DNA from: Eledone cirrhosa
Taxonomy: Eukaryota
NCBI GenBank assembly: GCA_964016885.1
Contig: OZ024763.1
Location: forward strand, 18,972,001-19,036,000
Direction: 5' to 3'
DNA: 64,000 bases
The notes under the pieces are model-generated. The model worked only from the letters and a program-made list of their open reading frames with translations, searched no databases and was not told the DNA's origin. Each line of letters begins with the position of its first letter. The first letter of the stretch is position 1. This document shows, one piece after another, positions 14,871 through 29,529 of the stretch. The position numbers and the translations under genes were made by a program.

Positions 14871-16292
14871 TATATATATATATATATATATAGCGAGGGA
14901 AAAGTGGTAAGGAACCAGGTGGACCATAACGCACCAAAGTACTCAATACTTAGGGTAGTAGAGTGGGTAATAGGAGTAAGTAAGACCCCAACGGCTGAGC
15001 TCAAGCCGTTTCGACGGCTAATTCTGTACAGAATTAGCCGTCGAAACGGCTTGAGCTCAGCCGTCGGGGTCTTACTTACTCCTCTATATATATATATATA
15101 TATATACAACAGGCTTCTCTAGTTCCCGTCTACAATATTAAACCCAGAAGGCATTGGTCGATCTGGAGCTAGAAGACAGGGGCCGAAGGTACCACAGAAT
15201 GGAACTGAACCCGAGAAAGGTTGACAGAGCTTTTGGGGGGAAGACAACAGAAAAACCAATTAAACATTGGTCAGTCTCTTCTCAACAATTGACCTCTGAA
15301 GTAACACATACATAAATATATATATATTTACATATCTACATATTTTTTTTTGCACTTTTTTCTGGTGTGCATGTGTGCGTGTGCGTGTGTGTGTGTGTGT
15401 GGGTGTGTGGGCGTGTGTTACAGTGGAGAGAAGAAAACCTGACCTGAGATGATTTAGAGGAATGTTTAATAATAAAAGAAAAACCCATTAAATTTCCACT
15501 GTATGGGTGGGTTGGGATTACAGCAAAAGGGTGGGTGGGAATAGCATAGTGGTGGTGTTGTGATGGTGGTAGTGGTGGTAGCAGTAATCGTACTGATAGA
15601 GGTATTGGCAGTAGTGATAGTAGTAGTAGTAGTAGTGATAGTAGTAGTAGTGGTAGTAGTAGTGATAGTAGTAGTAGTGGTAGTAGTAGTGATAGTAGCC
15701 GTGGGGGGTCATGTTTCATATTTTCAATAAAACAAATCTTACAACACACACTTTACATATATATATACATACATATATATATATATACACATATATATCT
15801 ATATATATATACATACATACATACATACATATATATCTGTATGTTTATACATACATACATACATATATATCTATATATTTATACATACATACATACATCT
15901 GTATATATATACATACATATATATCTATATATATATACATATATATCTATATATATATACATACATATATATCTATATATATATACATACATATATATCT
16001 ATATATATATATACATACATATATATCTATATATATATATACATACATATATATCTATATATATATATACATACATATATATCTATACATACATACATAT
16101 ATATCTATACATACATACATATATATCTATACATACATACATATATATCTATATATATATATACATACATACATATATATCTATATATATATACATACAT
16201 ACATACATATATATCTATATATATATACATACATACATACATATATATCTATATATACATACATACATATATGTCTATATATATATATCTAT

Positions 16293-16850
16293 CTAAGGCG
16301 GGTAAAATTCCCGAGATCCATGTACGAGTTCTCTCCAGCGGTCTCTGTCCCTCATTATCGCTGCCATATCCTGTATCTCCAACAGACCAGTGTCTGTCCT
16401 TAGGGCATCAACATATGTTAACCTTGGTCTTCCTCTTCTAGTGTGTCCATGTAGAGGCTCCCAAAGGAGCATTGAGTGCAATGTCAACTCTGGATGTCGG
16501 TGAGCATGTCCAGCCAACCTCAGTCTCCTCTGTGTCACTTTTGAGGAAGATGATGTGGTTGAGAGGAAGAGCAAGGCCTGGGCGGCGTGTCACAGCTTGA
16601 GATCGGTGTGGAAGTCGGACCTTCGTAGAGACCTGAAAATCCGCCTCTTCATTGCTGTAGTGGAGTCTGTGCTGCTGTATGGGTCTGAGACTTGGACACT
16701 GACCAAGAGACTCCCACAGATGGTGGATGGGTGCTACACGAGAATGCTGAGGATGGCTCTGAACATTAATCAGTATACACTGAGGATGAAAAACTCAGAG
16801 CTGTATGGGAGCATCCCAAAAGTCAGCTCAAAAGTGACACAGAGGAGACT
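16293..16850. mobile_element. RTE-like LINE 3' end with 5' inversion, inserted in a (TA)n/(TACA)n tract
   Basis: 16550-16850 (+) encodes [14 protein letters not shown]...SSKVTQRRL. 16545-16293 (-) continues [14 protein letters not shown]...RRGRPRLTY to a stop. Confidence 0.85.
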
Positions 16851-17369
16851 ATATATATATATATACATACATATATATATATATATACATACATATATAT
16901 ATATCTATATATATATACAATCATATATATATATCTATATATATATACATACATACATATATATCTATATATATATACATACATACATATATATCTATAT
17001 ATATATACATACATACATATATATCTATATATATATACATACATACATATATATCTATATATATATACATACATACATATATATATATCTATATATATAT
17101 ACATACATACATATATATATATCTATATATATATACATACATACATATATATATATCTATATATATATACATACATATATATATATCTATATATATATAC
17201 ATACATATATATATATCTATATATATATACATACATATATATATATCTATATATATATACATACATATATATATATCTATATATATATACATACATATAT
17301 ATATATCTATATATATATACATACATATATATATATCTATATATATATACATACATATATATATATCTA

Positions 17370-17410
<41 letters not shown>

Positions 17411-19300
17411 CTATATATATATACATACATATATATATATCTATATATATATACATACATATATATATATCTATATATATATACATACATATATATATAT
17501 ATCTATATATATATACATACATATATATATATCTATATATATATACATACATATATATATATCTATATATATATACATACATATATATATATCTATATAT
17601 ATATACATACATATATATATATCTATATATATATACATACATATATATATATCTATATATATATACATACATATATATATATCTATATATATATACATAC
17701 ATATATATATATCTATATATATATACATACATATATATATATCTATATATATATACATACATATATATATATCTATATATATATACATACATATATATAT
17801 ATCTATATATATATACATACATATATATATATATCTATATATATATACATACATATATATATATCTATATATATATACATACATATATATATATCTATAT
17901 ACATACATATATATATATCTATATATATATACATACATATATATATATATCTATATATATATACATACATATATATATATCTATATATATATACATACAT
18001 ATATATATATCTATATATATATACATACATATATATATATCTATATATATATACATACATATATATATATCTATATATATATACATACATATATATATAT
18101 CTATATATATATACATACATATATATATATCTATATATATATACATACATACATATATATCTATATATATATACATACATACATATATATCTATATACAT
18201 ATACATACATACATATATATACATATACATACATACATATATATCTATATACATATACATACTTACATATATATCTATATACATATACATACTTACATAT
18301 ATATCTATATACATATACATACATACATATATATCTATATATATATACATACATATATATATATCTATATACATATACATCTATATATATATACATACAT
18401 ATATATATATCTATATACATATACATACATATATATATATATCTATATACATATACATACACATGTGGTGGTAGTGGTGTGGTCGTGGCGGTATGGAGGT
18501 GGTGTGGTGGTGGTAGTGGTGGTGGTGTGGTCATGGTGGTATGGAGGTGGTGTGGTGGTGGTAGTGGTGGTGGTGTGGTCATGGTGGTATGGAGGTGGTG
18601 GTGTGGTCATGGTGGTATGGAGGTGGTGTTGTGGTGGTAGAGGTGGTGTTCTGGTGGTGGTGTGGTCGTATGGAGGTGGTGTTGTAGTCGTGGTGGTATG
18701 GAGGTGGTGTTGTGGTGGTGGTGTGGTCGTGGTGGTATGGAGGTGGTGTTGTGGTGGTAGTGTGGTCGTGGTGGTATGGAGGTGGTGTGGTGGTATGGAG
18801 GTGGTGTTGTGGTGGTGGTGTGGTCGTGGTGGTATGGAGGTGGTGTGGTGGTGGTAGTGGTGGTGGTGTGGTCGTGGTGGTATGGAGGTGGTGTTGTGGT
18901 GGTGGTGTGGTCGTGGTGGTATGGAGGTGGTGTTGTGGTGGTAGTGGTGGTGGTGTGGTCGTGGTGGTATGGAGGTGGTGTTGTGGTGGTAGTGTGGTCG
19001 TGGTGGTATGGAGGTGGTGTTGTGGTGGTAGTGGTGGTGGTGGTATGGAGGTGGTGTGGTGGTAGTGGTGGTATGGAGGTGGTGTTGTGGTGGTGGTGTG
19101 GTCATGGTGGTATGGAGGTGGTGTTGTGGTGGTGGTGTGGTCGTGATGGTATGGAGGTGGTGTTGTGGTGGTAGTGGTGGTGGTGTGGTCGTGGTGGTAT
19201 GGAGGTGGTGTTGTGGTGGTAGTGTGGTCGTGGTGGTATGGAGGTGGTGTTGTGGTGGTAGTGTGGTCGTGGTGGTATGGAGGTGGTGTTGTGGTGGTAG
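16851..19300. repeat. Compound (TA/TACA/TCTA) microsatellite followed by a (GGT)-rich degenerate repeat
   Basis: Low-complexity sequence. Similar tracts at 2380-3240, 23400-25300, 56240-56930, 57425-57840, 59425-60370, 60430-62410 and 62665-63290. Confidence 0.9.
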
Positions 19301-19710
19301 TGCGGTGCAGTGGCATGCTAGTTGTGTGGAGTATTGTGGTGGGGGTGGCATGGTGTGGTGGGGGTGGTGTGTTTGTAAACTCATTTGCATGTATGAATGT
19401 GTGTACACATTTGTATGTGTGTACACATTTGTATGTGTGTGTGTGTGTGTGTGCATGTGTGTGTGAGTATGCAAAGGACAGTCACATACATTATATTTTA
19501 CCTCAAATAAGACCCCTGAAAACAGGACCACAACACTGAAATACACCCAACACCAAACTAACACACATATCCTCCAATTCACATAATATGGGGTTCCGCC
19601 ATAACCACCACCCTGAACAGATTTCCATATTACATAACGACTAGGGGGCTGCATGAAAGGGCCACACACACTCCGCGAGGCCCCATTCCATTTACAACTA
19701 TGATCATTAT

Positions 19711-20042
19711 GGAGAGAGAAGTGCTCTCCCTCAGTACATTTGCTGAAAGGTGGGTGAATGTGGCGAGAATGGCCCGTGTGAGTGGGCCTACTCTGATCAT
19801 GCGCCTGTAGGCTGGTGAATTTGAGGAGGAGAGGGGTGCCCTTTCCAGGTGCTCTCGAAGCGTCGGCTACTTCAGGATTGGTGGGGTACCTGACTCAACC
19901 CTGGGTGTATTTTTCTTGCTTATTGTTATTTTTTTTTTTACTCGATTTTTGTGTAAAAACCCCTACTGCCACCATCTATTGTATTGTCCCCTATATGTCG
20001 GCCCTTGTGACCAATAAATGAAGCCATTATTATTATTATTAT
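19711..20042 (+). mobile_element. Probable L1/Tx1-like LINE 3' terminal fragment
   Basis: EREVLSLSTFAERWVNVARMARV resembles a Tx1-type ORF2 C-terminus. It is followed by a 3' UTR with AATAAA and an (ATT)n tail. Confidence 0.55.
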
Positions 20043-20715
20043 TTAAATTTTTTTAGGGCGGTGAATTAGCAGTATCAGTAGAGGGTCGGACATGCTTTCC
20101 AACATAGTTACGTCCCTTTACGATCTGAGTTTGAATCCTGCCAAGGTTAACCTTTCATCCTTACAGGGTCGATAAAATAAAATACCAGTAATGTACTGGA
20201 TAATTGCTGGCCTTGTGCCAAAAGTAGAAACAATTATTATTATTTAAATTTTTTTGTTCCCTGTTGGTGTCACCCTCTGTGTTTAGGGTCACCCCTATTT
20301 TAGGGATCAGTATAGATTAATACTGGAATCTCGACATTGTTATATATGTAGACCTACATTTTCTCTCTCCTAGAAGTCTTTAGTTGCTTAAATTCAGTCC
20401 TATTTAGGGTCAACCCCATTTTCGGGGTAGCTTATATCGTTTTTCATTATTTCTTGAGAGTAGGTTGCTGGGTAACCCACCATTTTCTTTATCCTAAGGG
20501 TCCTTTAGTTCCAGCCCAGTCTTTTGGAGTCACCCCTGCTTTAGAGGTTTTAATGGATGGGTGCTGGAATTTCATTACATTTCTTGTGATCAGGTGGTGG
20601 GAGACCCTAAATATTTTCTAAATCAGGGTCCCTAGTTGTTTTAACCTGGTCCTATTTCTATGTCTCTTCTGTGTTGTAGAGGTCAGCATGGCTCAATCCT
20701 GGAATCTCAGCATAG

Positions 20716-20761
<46 letters not shown>

Positions 20762-20795
20762 CCTATATATATATATATACATATATATATTCATA

Positions 20796-20829
<34 letters not shown>

Positions 20830-20994
20830 TACCTATATATATATATATATATATATATATTCATACCTATATATACACACACACACATATATATATATAA
20901 ACACTCATATACATGCATACATGTGTGTATGTATATATATATATATATACATACCTATATATATATATATATATATATATTCATACCTATATAT

Positions 20995-21025
<31 letters not shown>

Positions 21026-21081
21026 AACACTCATATACATGCATACATGTGTGTATGTATATATATATATATATATACATA

Positions 21082-21123
<42 letters not shown>

Positions 21124-21404
21124 TACCTATATATATATATATATATATATTCATACCTATATATACACACACACACACATATATATAAACACTCATATAC
21201 ATGCATACATGTATGTATATATATATATACATACATATATATGCATACACATACATATATATATATATATACATGCATATACATACATATATGTGTGTAT
21301 ACATACATTTATGAGTATATATATACATACATATATACACATACATTTATGTACATATATACACGTACATATACATACATATATATACACATATATATAC
21401 ACAC

Positions 21405-21435
<31 letters not shown>

Positions 21436-22237
21436 CACATATAATACATATATATATATATACACTTACATATACACATACATATATATATACACACATA
21501 TATACAGGTCTACATTCCTTTACTTTAAATTTATAAATTTTCTCTATCCCAGGAGTCTGTAGTTGCTTAAATCTAACCCCATTTTTCGGGGTCACCCCGT
21601 TCTAGGACTCGACAGGGGTCCATCCTGGCATCTCAGCTCCATTCTATTGTATATGTTGATTTACATTCAAATGCTTTAAGCTTTCATTAAGTTTCGTTTT
21701 TTTACTTGCAATGAAAGAAATTTCTAATTCACATCATCATCATCATTAGTATCATCTCAATCTTCTTCCCTTCACCTCCTTCCTTTCCTCTTCTTGGCCC
21801 CTATTTTTACAAAAAATTCCTCATTTACATCGCCATCATCATCATCATTTATCTGCATCTCTTTACATCCTTTCTTTTTTTTCTTTCCTTTCATTAAAAA
21901 AAGAAACAACACCCCCGATGTGTCCTTTTTCCACCATAATTCCACCTCTTCCTCTCTTTTATCTTCTTTCTTTAATTAATTAGTTAATCAATGAAAAGAA
22001 AAACCAAAAAAAGAATGACAAAAGAAACTCCATTTTCATCATTTCATCTTTTATTTTTCCCTTTATCCCCCCCGCCCGCCACAGAAAGCAGCCCCTACAC
22101 CACCACCACCACCACCACAAAAAACAACAACTAAAATGAAAAGAAAATTCGTTTCCATCACCATCATCATCATCAGCTCTGCTTACCTAGCCCTAACCAG
22201 GGACAACCCCAGCTTCACTCAACCACCACTCAGAGTT

Positions 22238-22845
22238 CAGATCAACCACACAACCACCCCCCTCATGACTCAGATCAACCACACAACCCCACCCTCATGA
22301 CTCAGATCAACTACACAACCACCCCCTCATGGCTCAGATCAACTACACAACCACCCCCTCATGGCTTAGATCAACCACACAACCACCCCCTCATGGCTTA
22401 GATCAACCACACAACCACCTCCTCATGGCTTAGATCAACCACACAACCACCCCCTCATGACTCAGATCAACCACACAACCACCCCCTCATGGCTTAGATC
22501 AACCACACAACCCCACCCTCATGACTCAGATCAACTACACAACCACTCCCTCATGGCTCAGATCAACCACACAACCACCCACTCATGGCTCAAACACAAC
22601 CACCCCCTCATGGCTTAGATCAACCACACAACCACCCCCTCATGGCTCAGATCAACCACACAACCACCCCCCTCATGGCTTAGATCAACCACACAACCAC
22701 CCCCTCATGACTTAGATCAACCACACAACCACCCCCTCATGACTCAGATCAACCACACAACCACCCCCTCATGGCTCAGATCAACCACACAACCACCCCC
22801 TCATGACTCAGATCAACCACACAACCACCCCCTCATGACTCAAAC
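22238..22845. repeat. 32-bp minisatellite (CTCAGATCAACCACACAACCACCCCCTCATGA), ~19 copies
   Basis: Direct tandem repetition. Confidence 0.9.
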
Positions 22846-25774
22846 AAACATACAGCCACACAACCACCCCATTCATGGTTCATAACAACCCCTATCCCTC
22901 ACGCCCTCCACCCACCTATCTCAATGAACAAGAAATAGGAATAAAAACAAAAACAAATTCAATAATTTTCATTTTTTTTTCTTTCATTTAAAAAAAAACA
23001 CCAAAAAGAATTTTTCTTTCCAAAGTTTGTAGTTTTTTGCCTGTCTTATCTGTTTTATCTGTCTTATCTGTTTTATCTGGTTTTTTTTTGCCTGTTTTGA
23101 TCTGTTTTCTTCTTCCTGTTTTATCTGTTTGCCCCCCCCCCCCTGTTTATCTGTTTTTGTCTGTCTCATCTGTTTTGTCCATCTTTTTACCTGTTTTTGA
23201 CCCCCCCTCCCCCCCCCCCCGTTTTAACTGTTTTTGCCTGTTTTTTATGGGATTTTTTTTGTCTGATTTTCAAACTTTTTCATTCAAATGTTTTTTTTTT
23301 CAGTTTGATAGTTGTCTATATTTTCTTTTACTTCTTTTGTTGTTGTGGGGATGGTGGAAGTCAAGGTGGTTGTTGTGGTGGTGGTTGTTATTGTGGAGGT
23401 AGTGATGGTGGTGGTAGTGATGGTGGTGAAAGTAGTGATGGTAGTGGTGGTGGTAGTGGTGATGGTGGTGGTAGTGGTGATGGTGGAAGTAGTGATGGTA
23501 GTGATGGTGGAAGTAGTGGTGGTGGTGGTGGTGATGGTGTATGTGGTAGTGGTAGATGTGGTAGTGGTGGTGATGGTGTATGTGGTAGTGGTCGTGGTAG
23601 ATGTGGAGGTGGTGGTGGTGATGGTGGTGGTGGTGCTGATGGTGATAGTGGTGGTGGTAGTGGTGTATGTGGTGGTGGTCGTGGTAGATGTGGAGGTGGT
23701 GGTGGTGATGGTGGTGCAAGTAGTGATGGTAGTGGTGGTGGTGCTGATGGTGATAGTGGTAGGGGTGGTGGTAGAGGTAGTGATGATGGTGGTGGTGGTG
23801 GTGGTGAGGAGTGTGGCTGTTCATTGGTTTTAAAATATATATGGACTACAACATCAACAACAACATTGAAGACCAACAACGACAGTGGTGGTGGTGGTGG
23901 TGGTGGTGGTGGTAGTGGCAATGTAGTGGTGGTGGCAGCGGTAGTTGTCCTTGTTTTATTTAGCCCAGGAAAGGAGAATTATGATCAGGTGTGTGTTCCA
24001 GCCATGACCATCTCTGACAACAGCAATGACAGGTGGTGGTGGTGTGTAGTGGTGGTGGTGTTGGTGGTGGTTGGTGGTGGTGGTGTGTGGTGGTTGGTGG
24101 TGTGTAGTGGTGGTGTGTGGTGGTTGGTGGTGGTGGTGGTTGGTGGTGGTGTGGTGGTTGGTGGTGGTGTGTGGTGGTTGGTGGTGGTGTGTGGTGGTGT
24201 GTGGTGGTGTGTAGTGGTGGTGTGTGGTGGTTGGTGGTGTGTAGTGGTGGTGTGTGGTGGTGGTGTTGGTGGTGGTTGGTGGTGTGTGGTGGTTGGTGGT
24301 GTGTGGTGGTGGTGGTGTGTAGTGGTGGTGTGTGGTGGTTGGTGGTGGTGGTGGTTGGTGGTGGTGGTGTGTGGTGGTGTGTGGTGGTGTGTGGTGGTGT
24401 GTGGTGGTGTGTAGTGGTGGTGTGTGGTGGTTGGTGGTGTGTGGTGGTTGGTGGTGGTGGTGGTTGGTGGTGGTGGTGTGTGGTGGTTGGTGGTGTGTGG
24501 TGGTGTGTGGTGGTGGTGTTGGTGGTGGTGCCAATGTAGTAGAGGTGTTGGTGGTGGTAGTAGTGGTGGTGTTGGTGGTGGTAGTAGTGGTAGTGTTGGT
24601 GTTGGTAGTAGCGGTGTTGGTGTTGGTAGTAGCGGTGTTGGTGTTGGTAGTAGCGGTGTTGGTGGTGGTGGTGGTGTTGGTGTTGGTAGTAGCGGTGTTG
24701 GTGGTGGTGTTGGTGTTCGTAGTAGTGGTGTTTATGGTGGTAGTGTTGGTGGTGGTAGTAGTGGTGTTGGTAGTAGTGGTGTTGGTGGTGGTTGTAGTGG
24801 TGTTAGTGATGGTGTTGGTGGTGTTGGTAGTGGTGGTGTTAATGTATGTTGGTGGTGGTGTTGGTAGTGGTGGTGGTGTTGATGGTGGAGTTGATGATGG
24901 TGGTGTTGGCGTTGGTAGTAGTGGTGGTGTTGATGGTGGTGGTGTTGATGGTGGTGGTGTTGGTAGTAGTGGTGGTGTTGGTGGTGTTGGTGTTGGTGGT
25001 GTTGGTTGTAGTGGTGTTGGTAGTAGTGGTGTTGATGGTGGTGGTGTTGGTGGTGTTGGTGGTGTTGATGGTGGTGGTGTTGGTAGTAGTGGTGGTGTTG
25101 ATGGTGGTGGTGGTGTTGATGGTGGTGGTGTTGGTAGTGGTGGTGGTGTTAGTGGTGGTGTTGATGGTGGTAGTGTTGGTGGTGGTGGTGTTGGTAGTAG
25201 TGGTGTTGGTAGTAGTGGTGGTGTTAGTGGTGCTGTTGATGGTGTTGATGGTGGTGGTAGTGGTGTTGGTAGTAGTGGTGGTGGTGCTGTTGATGGTAGT
25301 GGTTAGTATTTTTATTTGCTTGTCCCCCACACAAACACCCTTCTGGACACAGGAAAGCAGACCTATGGTCAAAGACGTTCCAACAGTGACCATCCCTGAA
25401 GACAACCACAACAGCGATGATAGGCAACGGCGGTGGTATGTATTCTTGTTGGTAGTAGTAGTAGTTGTGTTTGTTTAGCCCTTGTCAATCCCTGCAGCCA
25501 CCCAACCAACCAACCATCTAATCCAGCCCCCACATGGATCCAGAAGAGGACACCTATCAGAATTAGGGTGTTCCAGCCATGACCACCACTTGCTGACTAT
25601 TTCTTTCCATATATCCATGGAATGGTCACACACCACATATATGTATATATAATTATATATACATTATATATAATGTATGTATATATATATATATATATAT
25701 ATAAAATGTATGTATATATATATATATATACATATAATGTATATATATATATATATACATATACATATAATTAT

Positions 25775-25813
<39 letters not shown>

Positions 25814-25842
25814 GACATACATGTAGACATATATATAGACAT

Positions 25843-25873
<31 letters not shown>

Positions 25874-25898
25874 CAGTATATGATAATTATATATACAA

Positions 25899-25940
<42 letters not shown>

Positions 25941-26007
25941 ATATATACAAACATACATAAATACAAAGACATACATATATACATAGACATACATATATAC
26001 AAAGATT

Positions 26008-26057
<50 letters not shown>

Positions 26058-26380
26058 ATTGTTATCGGATATTAAAATGTGATTTGCGGGAGATTTGGCT
26101 GTTATTTCTAACATGTTTCCCATTCTCGTTGGTTAGGTGGTGGTGGTGGTGGAAACAGTGGTGGTAGGCCCCACTCTATAAAATGGAGGGTCTAAGGGGG
26201 GGGGCTCCCACGGCCCCTGTCGTGTAATGGGATCAGCTCCCTTCTTTCACCTCCTATGTGCCTCTATATGTATTTTCCTCCTCTTTTCTTCTTTCCTTCC
26301 CACCCGCCCCACCCTGATAATGAGAATTGGTGCAACTACCTTTCTAATCTATATATACACACATATATATATACATATAC

Positions 26381-26414
<34 letters not shown>

Positions 26415-26567
26415 GTATAAATATATATATACACACACACACACACATATATATATGAACATATATATATATACATATATATACATATATATATATACAT
26501 ATATATATATACATATATACATATATATATATACACATATATATACATATATATATATATACACATA

Positions 26568-26599
<32 letters not shown>

Positions 26600-26782
26600 A
26601 ACATATATATATATATACATATATATATATACATGTACATCTATATACATATATGTATATACATATATATATATATATACATGTATATACATATATATAA
26701 TCATATATATACACATATATACATATATATATATATATACACACATATATATATATATATACACACATATATATATATATAT

Positions 26783-26889
<107 letters not shown>

Positions 26890-27113
26890 TATATACATAT
26901 ATATATATACACATACATATATATACATAAATATACACATATATATACACACAGATACATTTATACATATATATATATACAAAAACACACAAATTACACA
27001 CATGTATATATATACATAGACACTTTAATTAGCTTTTTTTGTTGTTTTGGCTTTTCACTTTGTTACATTTATATATATATATGTATATATGTATATATAT
27101 ATATATATATACA

Positions 27114-27157
<44 letters not shown>

Positions 27158-27468
27158 TATATATGCATGTATATATATATGTATATAAATATATACATAT
27201 GTATATGTATATGTTTATATATATATATATATGCATGTACATATATACATATATATATATATATATATACATATGTATATATATATGTATATGTTTATAT
27301 ATATATATATGTATGTATATATATACATATGTGTATATATACATATGTATATATATACATATGTATATATGTTTATATATATACACATACACATACACAT
27401 ATATATATATATATACATACATACATACATACACACACACATACATATATATACACACACACACATAT

Positions 27469-27510
<42 letters not shown>

Positions 27511-27730
27511 GTGTGTGTGTGTGTTATTCCATTATGTTCTCTTCTCCAATGTCTGCCAAAATGTCACTGAAATGCATTGATAGCTTTCTCTCTTGTTTTC
27601 TTTTTTTCTTTTGTTTTGGTTTGTTTGTTTGTTTGTTTGTTTGTTTGTCTTTTTTAAAAGGGGTTTTACACTATTTCTGTACAAATGGTCCAGCCCCACA
27701 CAAGAGTGGCGGCTGATTTAGGGGGCTTAC

Positions 27731-27827
27731 CTAGCGAATGTCTTAAAAGCAACTGAATTTGGGTTCAAACACAAAGGGATCCTCTTGTTCCGTTGTTGCT
27801 GTTCCACAATGAATTTATGCAGTTTTT
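27731..27827 (-). CDS. NLK: NLK penultimate-type exon (97 bp): (E)KLHKFIVEQQQRNKRIPLCLNPNSVAFKTFA(S)
   Basis: cacag acceptor and GTAAG donor. Matches the conserved NLK PLC(I/L)NPxSxAFKxF tail motif. The phase-1 join with the previous exon is in frame. Confidence 0.9.
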
Positions 27828-27902
27828 CTGTGAAGAGACAATATGAAACAACAATAAGTTATATATACATATATATATATTTACACACACATATATATAC
27901 TT

Positions 27903-27944
<42 letters not shown>

Positions 27945-27979
27945 TTACATTCACATATATATTTATATATATAATATAT

Positions 27980-28278
27980 AAAGATGGTTAAATGAGTTCC
28001 ATGTATTTTATTATGAGCATTTCAAAAACAAATATCATCATGCAATAACATTTGTCTTTTCATCAGATAAAATATTTTATAAAATATTTTATCTGATGAA
28101 AACACAAATGTTATTGCATGATGATATTTGTTTTTGAAATGCGCATAATAAAATACATGGAACTCATTTAACCATTTTTTGATCTTATATATTATGTATA
28201 CTGCAGTCCTACAAACTGTAGAGTGCTTCTTATCCAATATCTGCATTGCTTTATTGTACTACAATAAAACTCACCTCC

Positions 28279-28282
<4 letters not shown>
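27980..28282. mobile_element. Fold-back Penelope-like element with hammerheads (28006-28072 on -, 28087-28153 on +) in an NLK intron
   Basis: Same family as 10400-10820. The fold-back centre is at ~28080, immediately 5' of both cores. Confidence 0.78.
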
Positions 28283-28333
<51 letters not shown>

Positions 28334-28725
28334 ATAATCTGTTATTTTAATAAACATTTGCTCTAGGGTTCTTATACATTTGATATATATTTATCCTTAT
28401 CGAGCCCTCTTTGAATTTTAGTCTTCACATTTATTATTACTACTATATATATACCACCACCCTACTCTCAAGAGCGTGAAATTAATAAACCTTTGTTCGT
28501 ACTGCCTCTCTGTTTTGTTCCCGTTCAATTTTTCACTATATATATATATATATATATATTGTTATACTTGGGGAGGGTCATATTGTTATAATATTGTCAG
28601 AAATAATAATAGAACACACTCACCAAACAGTGAGTGTGTTCTGTTATTATTTCTGGCAATATGACCCTCCCCCGAGTATAACAAAATATGTTTCGACACA
28701 CGATTTCATATCAAAGACCTTGCGA

Positions 28726-28779
<54 letters not shown>

Positions 28780-28780
<1 letters not shown>

Positions 28781-29105
28781 GGTTCCTCCGAGAATTGAGA
28801 GATTATAGCTCTGATACGATGGGCTTGTGTTTAAAATGTCTCAGGAAAGAATTACTTAACAGATTTGAGAGATCACAGCTCTGATACTATGGACTTGTGT
28901 TTAGAATGTCTCAGGAAAGAATTACTGAACAGATTTGAGAGATCACAGCTCTGATACTGTGGGCATGTGGTTAGAATGTTTCAGGAAAGAATTGCTAGAC
29001 AGATTTTATGGGTGAAACCAAGAGGTAGGGGACCCAGAGGTAGATCCCAAGCAAGATGGTTGGATAACATTCATGAGTTTGGCTGGTCTCACTTGCTGAT
29101 CCAGC
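28780..29105 (+). mobile_element. RTE-like LINE 3' fragment with an internal ~60-bp triplication
   Basis: RFERSQL..GHVVRMFQERIARQILWVKPRGRGPRGRSQARWLDNI. The first ~60 bp occur three times. Confidence 0.6.
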
Positions 29106-29170
29106 TGGGAATCGAAATTACAACCTCAATATTGTAAATCCAATTCTCTAACCACTCAGCCATGAGCCTT

Positions 29171-29213
<43 letters not shown>

Positions 29214-29529
29214 TCATTTCATTTTACGTCCGCTTTTCCCTGCTTGCAAGGGTGGGACGAGAACTGATTCTGGCTTGATTTCTACAGCTGGATGCCCTTC
29301 CTAACACCTACCTCATTTACAGTGAGTGCTGCACGACCACTTTGCAGGGGAATGATATGGACCATAGTCCCTATCATCTCATTTCTACAGCTGAGTAAAC
29401 TGGAGCAATGTGAAATAAAGTGTCTTGCTCAAGGAAACAACACATCACCCAGTCTGAGAATTGAACTAACAACCTTTCGATTGCAAGACCAATGCTCTAA
29501 CCACTAAGCCATGTGCCTCCATATATATA

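Noticed and set aside
16555-18474. 639-aa ORF
   Set aside because: A LINE fragment running into a (TA)n-type microsatellite.
23197-25478. Gly-, Val-, His- or Thr-rich ORFs resembling structural proteins (also 18443-19669, 57361-57901, 59425-60378 and 62650-63312)
   Set aside because: Degenerate (GGT)n repeats open in several frames on both strands, with no supported splice structure.
26227-26345. Candidate NLK terminal exon after an AG at ~26341
   Set aside because: Purine-rich acceptor context and no similarity to the NLK C-terminus.
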